Below, piece by piece: positions 1 through 9,730 of a stretch of 53,017 nucleotides of DNA. The stretch's first letter is position 1. Each line of letters starts with the position of its first letter. The stretch is taken from contig JAAYRE010000020.1 of the NCBI GenBank assembly GCA_012518935.1, positions 1-53,017 of the forward strand, in the 5' to 3' direction. The notes beneath the pieces were generated by a model. It had not been told where the DNA came from. It did not search any database and saw nothing but the letters and a program-made list of their open reading frames with translations. Position numbers and translations under genes: made by a program. The DNA comes from Clostridiales bacterium (lineage in GTDB: Bacteria; Bacillota; Clostridia; Lachnospirales; Lachnospiraceae).

Positions 1-192
1 AAAGTTATGGATATGAAAGTATGGTAAAATCATAATAAATGGTGTATGATGTAAATAATAATTCTAAATCAGATCATACAGGTGAACTCTCACCATTCGT
101 TTCCGAAAGTAAATTGACGCTATCAGAATTTCCCTTGTTGTTTATGACCTGTTATTATATAATTCATAATAGATACAATTTTAAGCATATTC

Positions 193-227
193 ATTGCGAC
201 ATTTGTCTTAATTATTGCGAAAGTTGT
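193..227. promoter_or_regulatory. Direct repeat pair (21-bp period), probable AraC-family operator
   Basis: ATTGCGACATTTGT (193-206) and ATTGCGAAAGTTGT (214-227), 12/14 identical, just upstream of an AraC gene; minus-strand TATAAT at 154-159. Confidence 0.5.
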
Positions 228-245
228 TCGTGAAAGGGTGTTATT

Positions 246-1087
246 ATGAAGAAAGCTGATTATATTAAGGATTTAACCACTACAGTATACTGTCAACATA
301 CAAGATCTGATTTTGCACGGAATACGGATTTTCATATCCACGATTGTTGTGAGGTGTATTATCTTTATGAAGGGACTGTAACTATCTATGTGGATGGGTC
401 TTGTTATGTATTAAAAGCAGGAGACATATTATTAATGTCTGATTTAGAAATCCACAAAATCCTTGCCCATTCCGGTTCTGTCTTTAGTAGAAAAATAGTA
501 CATATATATCCTGACTATGTAAGACCCTATGGTACTGAGCAAACAGATTTGTTGGCCTGTTTTTATAATCATCCTGTTGGTAAAAACAATCTGATTCACC
601 TAGATTATAGTAAGCAGAAAGAATACGAATCATATTTTGATAAATTAAGTACTGGTCCTTCAGATAAATATGGAGATGATATAAGCTATCGGATTGCCCT
701 AGTGGATTTCTTGATTTCTATTAATATTTGGCAGCAGAGCCAAGATAATATAATAGATCCAATATGTGATGAGAGAATTGCTCCTATTATGGACTATATT
801 GAAAAACATTTGACAGATAGTTTTACTCTAGATGATATAGCAAAAGATATATATATGGATAAATATTATATGTGCCATATGTTTAAGAAATTAACGGGAG
901 CACCATCTTTCAATACATTCGTATGAAACGAATTGCCTTGGCAAAGGACCTATTGGTAAGGGGTACCACTGTTACGGATACCTGTCATATGGCAGGCTTT
1001 AATGATTATTCTAACTTTATTCGAACCTTTAAGAAGATTACTGGATATACGCCAAATTATTTTCGTATCCCTGTTTCAAAAAAATAA
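246..1087 (+). CDS. AraC-family transcriptional regulator (apparent frameshift at ~896-898)
   Basis: Cupin motif HIHDCCEVYY and first HTH in ORF 246-926; the second HTH (GSTIFQYIRMKRIALAKDLL...AGFNDYSNFIRTFKKITGYTP) continues in the -1 frame to TAA at 1085-1087. Confidence 0.85.
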
Positions 1088-1182
1088 TGAAAGTGTGCAT
1101 CGGATATGGTATAATATGTATAGAATAACTAATTTTATGAAGTTGTGTAAATTGAGGCTCATAGATTTGTGGAAAGGAAAGT

Positions 1183-1754
1183 ATGATTAAGACATCATAC
1201 ACAGGGATATTGTGCTTATCTTAATAATATTTATAGTATTTTTACTTTTCATACTAAGGTTCATAATGAAGCGATTTTGCTTATTATTGAAATTAAGATC
1301 ACTGGAAGATAAGGGGAAAATTAAAATCATAAAAATATCACTTATCAACTTTTTCATGGTGGATGGTGGCAGGAAATATGATGCCATTATACAAAAAGAT
1401 GATGTTACATATATGATAAAACTTTTTGGATGCTTGAGGAAAAGGTATTCCATAGGATTTTCTAAATCAACATATACTAAATATTATTATTACGCTTTAC
1501 CACTACCAATATATAGACCGGAGCCTATTAAAATAACTAAGAAATATAAGTTTAATATAGACTATGTTATTGAATTATTTAAGATTAAGAATTGGAATAC
1601 AAGAGATAGCAACTATTATTATGGTATATATCTAATTTCTCCTGCTCCATTGAGTGCAAGAGATGAAAAGAATAATGCTCAGCTTGGAAATGGAGATCTT
1701 GTAAATGGTTGTTACTTATATACAACTAAAGCGTTTTTTAGAAAGCTAGGTTAA
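1183..1754 (+). CDS. Hypothetical protein with N-terminal membrane anchor (apparent frameshift at ~1204-1206)
   Basis: RBS GGAAAGGAAA precedes ATG 1183; adding one G to GGG 1204-1206 joins it to ORF 1212-1754 (MIKTSYTGDIVLILIIF...). Confidence 0.6.
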
Positions 1755-1887
1755 TACATATCAAAATATTACCCATCCCATCATATATTTACTCTTGAAT
1801 AGCATATTAACTAGCAATACAATAATATGTAATAGGACAAGAGAATAGGCTTAATGCCACAGCAAAATATTACTAAGGGAGGAAATA

Positions 1888-3177
1888 ATGAATAAAAACA
1901 AATTTGCACCAACTCCACCAATGGGGTGGAACAGTTATGATTATTATGACACAACAGTAAACGAGGAACAAATTAGAGCTAATGCAGAATATATGGCTGC
2001 TAATATGAAGGAATCTGGATGGGAGTATATTGTGATTGATATACAATGGTACAATTACGATGTTGGAACCCAAAGAGATAGATATCAATATATTCCATTT
2101 TGGAAGATGGAAATGGATGAATACTCAAGACTTCTACCTTGTCCAGACCGTTTTCCTTCTTCAGTAAATGGACAAGGCTTTAAACCTCTGGCTGATTATA
2201 TCCATAGCCTAGGGCTTAAAGTTGGTATTCACATTATGAGAGGAATTCCAAGAATAGCAGCCCATAAGAATATGAAGATATATGGTTCAGATAAAACAGC
2301 TAATGAGATAGCTGATCCTTCATCTATCTGCTGGTGGAATCCTGATATGTATGGAGTTATTCCTGATAGAGAGGGTGCCCAGGAATACTATAATTCCATA
2401 TTTGAGTTATATGCCAGCTGGGGTGTTGACTTTATAAAATGTGATGATATATGTAGACATGATATGGCAAGTGCTGAAAGAGAAACCATAATGCTTCATA
2501 AAGCCATAGAAAATTGTGGACGACCAATGGTTTTAAGTCTATCACCAGGACCTGCTAAGATTGAAAAGGCTTGGCATTACGAAAAGTATGCCAATATGTG
2601 GAGAATCACCGATGATTTCTGGGATAACTGGACTTTATTACTTAGAATGTTTGAAAGATGTGAGGTATGGCAGAATCATGTATCTGAAGGTTGCTATCCT
2701 GATTGTGATATGTTGCCCCTAGGTTATATAGGCAAAGGATTTGGTAATGAAAGGTATACAAGGTTTACTAAGGAAGAGCAGATTACTATGATGACCTTGT
2801 GGAGTATCTTCCGTTCACCCCTAATGATTGGAGCAGAGCTAACTAAGTTAGATGATTGGACATTAGAGTTATTGACTAATAAAAAGGTTCTAAGGCTTTT
2901 AACTAATTCCCATGGTGCAAAACAGATTATGAGAGATGATAAGCAGGCAGTATGGTTTTCAAAGGATAATGAGAATGACACATATTATCTAGCTTTATTT
3001 AACCTCAGTGATGATACAAGAACTGTTTCAATAACATCCGAGGAACTTGCTTTAGAATCCTTTAAGGGATATACTTTCGAAGAGCTTTGGACCAATGAGA
3101 GCAAGGTAGCTAATGAGCAGGTTTTTGAAGAAAAGATATTGCCCCATGGTGCCAAGCTATATGCTATGAAAAAATAA
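1888..3177 (+). CDS. Glycoside hydrolase family 27 (alpha-galactosidase / beta-L-arabinopyranosidase-like)
   Basis: TPPMGWNS, YIVIDIQW, WGVDFIKCDD, MWRITDDFWD, PDCDML motifs; strong RBS AAGGGAGG. Confidence 0.92.
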   Translation: MNKNKFAPTPPMGWNSYDYYDTTVNEEQIRANAEYMAANMKESGWEYIVIDIQWYNYDVGTQRDRYQYIPFWKMEMDEYSRLLPCPDRFPSSVNGQGFKPLADYIHSLGLKVGIHIMRGIPRIAAHKNMKIYGSDKTANEIADPSSICWWNPDMYGVIPDREGAQEYYNSIFELYASWGVDFIKCDDICRHDMASAERETIMLHKAIENCGRPMVLSLSPGPAKIEKAWHYEKYANMWRITDDFWDNWTLLLRMFERCEVWQNHVSEGCYPDCDMLPLGYIGKGFGNERYTRFTKEEQITMMTLWSIFRSPLMIGAELTKLDDWTLELLTNKKVLRLLTNSHGAKQIMRDDKQAVWFSKDNENDTYYLALFNLSDDTRTVSITSEELALESFKGYTFEELWTNESKVANEQVFEEKILPHGAKLYAMKK

Positions 3178-3194
3178 GGATAGAATATAAAATT

Positions 3195-3229
3195 GCAGGG
3201 GGAAGATATATAAAGCTTCCCCTTGTTTT
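3195..3229 (+). terminator. Rho-independent terminator
   Basis: GCAGGGGGAAG / CTTCCCCTTGT stem followed by T run. Confidence 0.7.
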
Positions 3230-3243
3230 AGATTGCCAACATC

Positions 3244-3259
3244 TCACTAATTCTAATGA
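3244..3259. promoter_or_regulatory. Putative LuxR operator, copy 1
   Basis: TCACTA-ATTC-TAATGA; matches boxes at 4886 and 4919. Confidence 0.6.
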
Positions 3260-3285
3260 TAAAAAAATTAGATATAAAGTAGTAC

Positions 3286-3314
3286 TTGCTCAAATTGTAA
3301 TAAAATGGTATGCT
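3286..3314 (+). promoter_or_regulatory. sigmaA-type promoter
   Basis: TTGCTC-17 bp-TATGCT with extended -10 TG. Confidence 0.55.
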
Positions 3315-3353
3315 AGGTTTGTAAAAATATTCTTTATATTCGGGGGAAATTGA

Positions 3354-4811
3354 ATGAGTAGCTCTATAAAGAATACTGCCATAGTGGGAGATGAGGATAA
3401 AAACCTTGAAAGTGTAGTTGATATAAGGGCCGTTAGGAAAACCAACATACCATATATTATTATATGGATTATTTATTATGCTTGGGTCATAGTATTTACA
3501 ACTTGGTGGACAGCTTCTCCTGTCACAGAGAAGATATTATCGTCTGGACTACGAAGTATACTTCACTCAATTAATCTTCTTTCATCTGCATTTTTTGTAC
3601 TTATCATACGGAAAGAATGGTTTGCAAAAACAGCCAGAATAGGAGCGGTATTAATTATAAGCGGTATGAGTCTATTCCTACTAACAAGCAATACCTCTCT
3701 TCAGCTTTTGTCATTGACAGTATTTGGCTTTACCTTGGGTATTGTCAATATCAGTATCCTAATTCCCTTTGTATTTGTAATGAATAATACAGAAAAGTTC
3801 TATTCTGTACTTGGCAGTAACTTCTTAATAAACCTTATAATCTTATTTGAGTTAGGCTTAATAAGTGAAGAAAAGCTCACAAGCCATGGAATGTATATGG
3901 GGTCGTATTTTATATTAGTAGCATCTTTAATTGCTACAATCTTCTTTAAGAAAAGCAGTATTATAGAATATTCAAATGAGCTTATAGAGACTCCAAAAAT
4001 TACACCTAGGATTTATCTTACATTATTGAATAATTGTGCAATTGCGATTCTATGTAAGGGAATTGGCAAGGGTATCCTCAATATAACAGCATATAATCAT
4101 GAAGGGGTACACCTGTGGTATTATGTGGGAGGACTACTAGGCTGTATGTTATATTTTTTACTTAATACAGTATATAGAAGAGCATTTGTATGGCTAAACA
4201 ACATTACTTTTTTTACAATTGCTATGGGTTTGATATGTAATGCATTTATAGAAGATATTCCTCAGATGTTAACTGTGTTCCCTATTCTTCTGGGGGTTGG
4301 TGGTACTATTGGTATGATTAACATGTATTACATATTGGCTGTGGTCGGTAAGAAATATAATAGTATGACTTATATAAAGCTATCAATTTTTTTAATAGGA
4401 ATCTGTGGCGGTATTTCAGGTTTAACCCTTGGTAATGTGATTTCAAATAAGGATATCTCACAGATGTCCATAATTGCCTCCCTTATTGCAACAGCATTTC
4501 TTTTGATATTTCTTATATTATCCCCAAGCTTGGTACGGGCACAGCAATATAACGATTGGGTGCAGGATGCTGGTAAGGCTGAAATTGATAATAAGAAGAA
4601 AGATATATTTGCAGGCTATAATTTAAGCAAACGAGAAAGAGAAGTTTGTAAGCTTATGTTAGAAGGTTATACCCTAAGGCAGATTTCAGGAATCCTGTCT
4701 ATTGCATATTCTACGGTAAATACATATTGTACCTCAGCATATAGGAAACTGAACATTAATAGCCGAGCTGAGTTAATAATTATGTTTAAAGATTATATTG
4801 CTGATAAATAA
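3354..4811 (+). CDS. Polytopic (about 12 TM, MFS-like) membrane protein with C-terminal LuxR HTH
   Basis: About 12 hydrophobic segments in 6+6 arrangement; C-terminal LSKREREVCKLMLEGYT...STVNTY...YRKLNINSRAEL. Confidence 0.85.
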   Translation: MSSSIKNTAIVGDEDKNLESVVDIRAVRKTNIPYIIIWIIYYAWVIVFTTWWTASPVTEKILSSGLRSILHSINLLSSAFFVLIIRKEWFAKTARIGAVLIISGMSLFLLTSNTSLQLLSLTVFGFTLGIVNISILIPFVFVMNNTEKFYSVLGSNFLINLIILFELGLISEEKLTSHGMYMGSYFILVASLIATIFFKKSSIIEYSNELIETPKITPRIYLTLLNNCAIAILCKGIGKGILNITAYNHEGVHLWYYVGGLLGCMLYFLLNTVYRRAFVWLNNITFFTIAMGLICNAFIEDIPQMLTVFPILLGVGGTIGMINMYYILAVVGKKYNSMTYIKLSIFLIGICGGISGLTLGNVISNKDISQMSIIASLIATAFLLIFLILSPSLVRAQQYNDWVQDAGKAEIDNKKKDIFAGYNLSKREREVCKLMLEGYTLRQISGILSIAYSTVNTYCTSAYRKLNINSRAELIIMFKDYIADK

Positions 4812-4874
4812 TCAAACCCATTTATAGACTATATAGAACCTGTATAAAGTACAATATGATATATATATTTTCAT

Positions 4875-4913
4875 AAAAGAGTACCTCATTAGAATTAATG
4901 AGGTACTCTTTTT
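4875..4913 (+). terminator. Perfect 17-bp inverted repeat (terminator) containing putative operator copy 2
   Basis: AAAAGAGTACCTCATTA-GAAT-TAATGAGGTACTCTTTT; core TCATTA-GAAT-TAATGA at 4886-4901. Confidence 0.75.
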
Positions 4914-4918
4914 ATCAC

Positions 4919-4934
4919 TCATTATAACTAATGA
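4919..4934. promoter_or_regulatory. Putative LuxR operator, copy 3
   Basis: TCATTA-TAAC-TAATGA, 33 bp after copy 2 and next to a -35-like TAGACT (4936-4941). Confidence 0.6.
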
Positions 4935-5017
4935 ATAGACTATTGTATATTTCTTAAAGAAAATAATAATAGATAAAAACAATTTATCGAATTTAGAGTT
5001 ACTCGGGAGGTGTATAG

Positions 5018-5287
5018 ATGGCTCTGTTTGGAAAATCAAAACACAAGAAAGAAATTTCAAAAGATGATTTGAAGAATAATAAACATAAGCTTGTCAGTAT
5101 GTTAACACCTAGAGAAATGGATTTATTTAGTCTACTTTTGGAAGGCTATACCCTAAAGGAATCTGCAAAAAAACTATCAATAAAATATTCTACAGCCAAC
5201 ACTCATATGACAGCTATCTATAAGAAACTAAAAGTAAAATCCCGGGCAGAGCTAATCATTAATTACAGAAGTGTAGAAGGTAACTAA
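5018..5287 (+). CDS. Stand-alone LuxR/GerE-type HTH regulator
   Basis: LTPREMDLFSLLLEGYTLKE...STANTH...IYKKLKVKSRAEL; RBS GGGAGGTG. Confidence 0.88.
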   Translation: MALFGKSKHKKEISKDDLKNNKHKLVSMLTPREMDLFSLLLEGYTLKESAKKLSIKYSTANTHMTAIYKKLKVKSRAELIINYRSVEGN

Positions 5288-5342
5288 GTTTTACCAAAAA
5301 ATAATTTTATCAATATGAAATATGAAAGGATTGAATTAAATT

Positions 5343-6992
5343 ATGAGTAGAAGAAGAGTATTTAGTTTGCTAATGGCTATGGTTATGTGCTTATCCCTAT
5401 TTAGTGGAATGATTTTTAATGCGGAAGCAGTGGCTGCAGAGGATGGGCTGGTGGTTCATCTAAAATTCGACGATGATCTTACTGATTCTTCTGGCAATGG
5501 TAACCATGCAACATGTGAATATGGTAAGGTTACCTATGAAGATGGTATTCATGGCAAGTCTGCAGTATTTAACGGAAAGACCTATATTGAGATTCCTGAT
5601 AATGATAGCTTAGACCTTAAATCATTGACTATTTCCCTGTGGGTTTATAAGGTCACACCATTGAATGATTTCGATAGAGTGCCTTATGTCTATAAGGAGA
5701 AAGATGAGGATCATTGGTCTGTTCCATATAGGCTTTACGAGTATGGCAATAATATGCCTCTCTTGTATCTTCATGAGGATGATTCAGAGCTAAGCCAATT
5801 TTATCTTGACAGTGCATCGATTGATATAAGAAAATGGTATCTCCTTACAGCTACATTTGATGGAAGCGAAGCAAGGATATATGAAAATGATGTACTTCTA
5901 AAGAAAAAGGATGTTAGTGGTTATCCTTGGGCTACCTTAGGAAATTTATACATCGGTTTTGACGATCTTGGTGAGTTCTGCTTTAAGGGCAATATGGATG
6001 ACTTAAGAATATATAATCGGGCTCTGTCTGCAAAAGAAGTGACGGCCTTATATGATGCTGGATTAAAAGAGAGTCCTGATCTTCTTACTCAAAAAAATGC
6101 AATGGTTGCACACTATAAATTCAATGGAGATTTTAAGGATTCATCAGGATATGGTAATGATGCTGAGCTTGTAGCAGGCAGCATTAGTTTTGTTGATGGT
6201 AAGAATGGTAAAGCTGCTAAATTTAAAAAGGGATCCTATCTAGAGGTAGCTGATAATACCAGTCTTGACTTTGATGAAGGTTTTTCAATGACAGGGTGGA
6301 TTAATCCCACTGATGATAAGAAATTAATGACTATCCTAAACAAGCCAGGAGCAAGTACTAGCGATTATTCTGAAATCCCTAGTTACCGTATCAGAAATGA
6401 ATATAATTATATTGACTTTGACTATGTACCCTTTGATTATCAGACATGGACACAAGGATTTAGATACAATGCTGATAAAACTATGAAGAATAAGTGGGTG
6501 CACCTGGGCATTACCTTTGACACTAATGAAGTACGCTTTTACTATAACGGCAAGATGGTAAAAAAGGAAAAAGCATCTGAATATAAAGGTAATAATTTAG
6601 CACATGGACTTGGAGATTTAATGATAGGCTCTGACGGTGAATATTTCTTTATCGGATCTATGGATGAGTTAAAGATCTACAACTATCCATTGTCAGCCAA
6701 GGAAGTGGAAGCGGATTATAAGGCAGTTGATAGTTTGTCTATCAGTAAGGATAATCAGACTAAAATCAAGTCAATGAAGAAAGGTGGGTCAGTAACACTC
6801 ACAACATCTAGAAAATATATTGACACAGGAAAGACTTCAAAATTACCTAAGGGTGTAACCTATAAGACATCCAATAAGAAGGTATTTACAGTCAGTAGCA
6901 AGGGAGTTATTAAGGCAGTAGGAAAGGGAACAGCTACATTAACACTAACCCACGGTGCAATAAGTAAGACCTATAAGGTTACGGTGAAGTAG
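5343..6992 (+). CDS. Secreted protein with two LamG-like jelly-roll domains and a C-terminal Big_2 Ig-like domain
   Basis: Signal peptide; two repeats of H(L/Y)KF..D..DSSG.GN ... F.G.MD(D/E)L(R/K)IYN..LSAKEV; C-terminal YKTSNKKVFTVSSKGVIKAVGKGTATLT...KVTVK. Confidence 0.85.
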   Translation: MSRRRVFSLLMAMVMCLSLFSGMIFNAEAVAAEDGLVVHLKFDDDLTDSSGNGNHATCEYGKVTYEDGIHGKSAVFNGKTYIEIPDNDSLDLKSLTISLWVYKVTPLNDFDRVPYVYKEKDEDHWSVPYRLYEYGNNMPLLYLHEDDSELSQFYLDSASIDIRKWYLLTATFDGSEARIYENDVLLKKKDVSGYPWATLGNLYIGFDDLGEFCFKGNMDDLRIYNRALSAKEVTALYDAGLKESPDLLTQKNAMVAHYKFNGDFKDSSGYGNDAELVAGSISFVDGKNGKAAKFKKGSYLEVADNTSLDFDEGFSMTGWINPTDDKKLMTILNKPGASTSDYSEIPSYRIRNEYNYIDFDYVPFDYQTWTQGFRYNADKTMKNKWVHLGITFDTNEVRFYYNGKMVKKEKASEYKGNNLAHGLGDLMIGSDGEYFFIGSMDELKIYNYPLSAKEVEADYKAVDSLSISKDNQTKIKSMKKGGSVTLTTSRKYIDTGKTSKLPKGVTYKTSNKKVFTVSSKGVIKAVGKGTATLTLTHGAISKTYKVTVK

Positions 6993-7022
6993 TTGATGTT
7001 TTGTAATATGATAAAAAAATAT

Positions 7023-7060
7023 AAGCAGGTCTGCCTAGTACATATAGGCAGACCTGTTTT
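7023..7060 (+). terminator. Rho-independent terminator
   Basis: AAGCAGGTCTGCCTA / TAGGCAGACCTGTTT. Confidence 0.8.
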
Positions 7061-7288
7061 ATGGTAGTGCATCAAGCATATTTGGAAGTTTGATTAGGGT
7101 TTTTATATTATCTGTAATATACATAGGCAAAATTTCCGGTTATTTTAATATGCAATATTATATTGGCCGATGTTGTTAATAGGTGTAATGAAAATAAACC
7201 ATAGACAAATATTAACATATACTACATAATATATATGATAGAGTATAATTTAAGCAATTTAAGTATTTAATGAGGAGGAGTGAACAAA

Positions 7289-7633
7289 ATGGAGGTTTCA
7301 AGTGTTAGAATACTAAAGGTATGTCGCCATTTAGTGATTTGGATAACAATTATTGGAGGGGCAATATTGTGGCTGCTTCTACCGAATCAGGTACCGGTTC
7401 ATTATGGATTGACATTTACTGCTGATAGAATAGGCAATAAAGAACTATTATTAGTCCTTTTTATATTACCTTTCTTTGCATATATTCCCTATAGTGTTCC
7501 TGAATTCCATCTTGATTCAGAAGAGAATAGGTTAGCAATTGAGAAAAAGATAAAAAAGAATGCACTAATTCAACTTATTACAGCAATAATTTTATCAATT
7601 ATAGTTTGGATACCGTTATTACTAGCATTATAG
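7289..7633 (+). CDS. DUF1648 / SdpI-like small membrane protein
   Basis: LPNQVPVHYGLTFTADRIGNK motif, 3 TM segments, RBS GAGGAGG. Confidence 0.7.
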   Translation: MEVSSVRILKVCRHLVIWITIIGGAILWLLLPNQVPVHYGLTFTADRIGNKELLLVLFILPFFAYIPYSVPEFHLDSEENRLAIEKKIKKNALIQLITAIILSIIVWIPLLLAL

Positions 7634-7667
7634 TTATAGACTTAATAAAGATTATTAAAGGGTATTT

Positions 7668-7713
7668 GAGCAGGATTAAGAGTATTATTTCACTTAAGTC
7701 CTGCTCGTTTTTT
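7668..7713 (+). terminator. Terminator between convergent genes
   Basis: GAGCAGGA..TTAAG / CTTAA.TCCTGCTC plus T run. Confidence 0.65.
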
Positions 7714-7753
7714 ATATAATGATTATAATATATGGTATGTAGCTTCGGAATTT

Positions 7754-9412
7754 CTAATTTTCATACAGCTTTATTATATCACCCATTATACCACCTACAA
7801 GATCACCATTAGATAGGCGGCGAAACTGGCTGAAGAATTTCCATGCATTTTCACAATTAAGATGTCTCATCTCATGGGCTTGATTGCTGGCACTGGCAAA
7901 GACACTATAACAACAGCCGTTTTCGCTTTCGAATAAATGCATAGTAAGAACACTAGCTCGTACATCATCCTTGGCTTTGCATATAACATCCCCATCAATA
8001 CCCCAAATAGGATTTACCCAGCTATCTTTCTCCTCATACTTTATATCATATTTGGCGGTGGCCTTATTTACCTTCAGCACATAGGCCATACGGTTCATAC
8101 ACTTGGCTTCCTGGAAGGGCAATTCAGGAAGAGGTGTATCTTCTCCACCTACGTAAAATACAGGCAGTATTGTTTCCTGATTAATATTTTGGACAGGTTG
8201 ACCATACGCATTAAGACCTACATCAAAGGTTGCAGACATAGGTGCCACTGCAGCAAATACCTTGGGGTACTCCTGAAACATATCCCATGTCTTACAGCCA
8301 CCCATGGAAAATCCAGTGGAATATATTCTTTCACTGTCGATATTATATTTTTCTTTTAAATGTGCAATCAAATCCATCATCTCTGTTGCGGTACTGTTTA
8401 AGTGATTTTCCACGCTTACCAGAAGAAAGTTATATTTTGCAGCAACCAAATGCCAGTCAGACAAAGCCACCATACACATAGCAGAATCTCCACCACCATG
8501 GAAACAAAGTACCAGAGGAACACCCTCTGCCTTATCCATAATACCTTTGTTGTAATAGGCCACATATCCAACCTTATGTTTTTCTGACTCTCTATCATCC
8601 CCTCGATTATCAGCTGAAGTAGGAACGAGGCTATAACCAGGCTGGGCTATCATCCCCATTTCTTCTAAATCAGGCTCTACATCTAGAAAACCAACCATTC
8701 GGCGATATTTCTTTATAAAGGTTTTAAAATCATCTATGTAATCAGCCGTCTCCTTAATAAGTACATTATCCAAACCAGCCTTCAGTGCATCATTTACAGT
8801 AGCACTATTAGCTATGGATATAACGGGAATATCCCTTCTCTTAGGCTTTGGCACTAGCTTTAAGTTCTGCAAAATGCATACAACTGGAGTAATATCTCCT
8901 TTACCGTATAAACCATCACCCTCCACCTTCTGAAGGCAATTTTCTGCAATATAATCTGCTGATGCACCAAAGCCATATAAATAACTGCGTAACAAAGCAC
9001 CTCTGATATAGTAGCCTTCAAAGTTGCCGGAAAATCTGTTACGCATAATGGCTACACCATCCTTATAATATTGGCTGATTTTCGTCTCTGATATTATAGA
9101 AGAAAATAAATCAGCAGGGGCTTTGTGCCAGCCTCCCTCATTGGTAGGATAGATAAAGACAACGCTACCGCCATATTCAGCTGCAATCCCCGTGAGTCCA
9201 CTTTCATCAGCAAACTTCTTTGCCTCTGTGGGTGTGTATTTGTTCTCTTCGAATACCAGTAAATAAGGTGTTATAAAGCCATAATTTACTACATCTGTAA
9301 TAGGATCGCACTTTGGCAAATAGACTTTTGCCTCAAATTTATCAAACTTCTTCTCCCATATTTTACTTCCGTCGTCTAGTAGGACAACCTGTGGCATTTT
9401 CTCCATATCCAT
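7754..9412 (-). CDS. Alpha/beta-hydrolase (LpqC / PHB-depolymerase-like esterase), two-domain
   Basis: PLVLCFHGGG, YNIDSERIYSTGFSMGG nucleophile elbow, C-terminal HEMR; RBS GAGGAG. Confidence 0.75.
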   Translation of the reverse strand: MDMEKMPQVVLLDDGSKIWEKKFDKFEAKVYLPKCDPITDVVNYGFITPYLLVFEENKYTPTEAKKFADESGLTGIAAEYGGSVVFIYPTNEGGWHKAPADLFSSIISETKISQYYKDGVAIMRNRFSGNFEGYYIRGALLRSYLYGFGASADYIAENCLQKVEGDGLYGKGDITPVVCILQNLKLVPKPKRRDIPVISIANSATVNDALKAGLDNVLIKETADYIDDFKTFIKKYRRMVGFLDVEPDLEEMGMIAQPGYSLVPTSADNRGDDRESEKHKVGYVAYYNKGIMDKAEGVPLVLCFHGGGDSAMCMVALSDWHLVAAKYNFLLVSVENHLNSTATEMMDLIAHLKEKYNIDSERIYSTGFSMGGCKTWDMFQEYPKVFAAVAPMSATFDVGLNAYGQPVQNINQETILPVFYVGGEDTPLPELPFQEAKCMNRMAYVLKVNKATAKYDIKYEEKDSWVNPIWGIDGDVICKAKDDVRASVLTMHLFESENGCCYSVFASASNQAHEMRHLNCENAWKFFSQFRRLSNGDLVGGIMGDIIKLYEN

Positions 9413-9519
9413 ATTCTCCTCACTTTAAAAAATTAAATAATCTGATAGATTGTAGACTTCTAATTATTTTTGCTTATCAATATTAATTACAATATTATCA
9501 CATCAAAGGAAAATAATAT

Positions 9520-9730
9520 ACACTTTTAATGAATGCTGCATTAATTCAAGATGGATATCTGCCAGTAATTATTCCACCAATATTAAGGGTTGAATATATT
9601 TCATTACTAGAAAGGGCACATGAAAACAATAACCATTTTAGAATTTATACTGGAAAGAGAAATAGAGTCGCAAAAGGACTTTTTGAGAATGCTTCAAATT
9701 CCATTTCCTCATTTAGAGAAAAATAAAGGT
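9520..9730 (+). pseudogene. Fic-family protein C-terminal remnant
   Basis: LLMNAALIQDGYLPVIIPPILRVEYISLLERAH, then shifted-frame LEFILEREIESQKDFLRML; the segment that normally follows the Fic motif, with the motif and N-terminus absent. Confidence 0.65.

Noticed and set aside
7937-8598. Short antisense or overlapping ORFs here and across the track (e.g. 17931-18335, 27690-28118, 52652-52933)
   Set aside because: Shadow frames of well-supported genes, without RBS or recognisable motifs.
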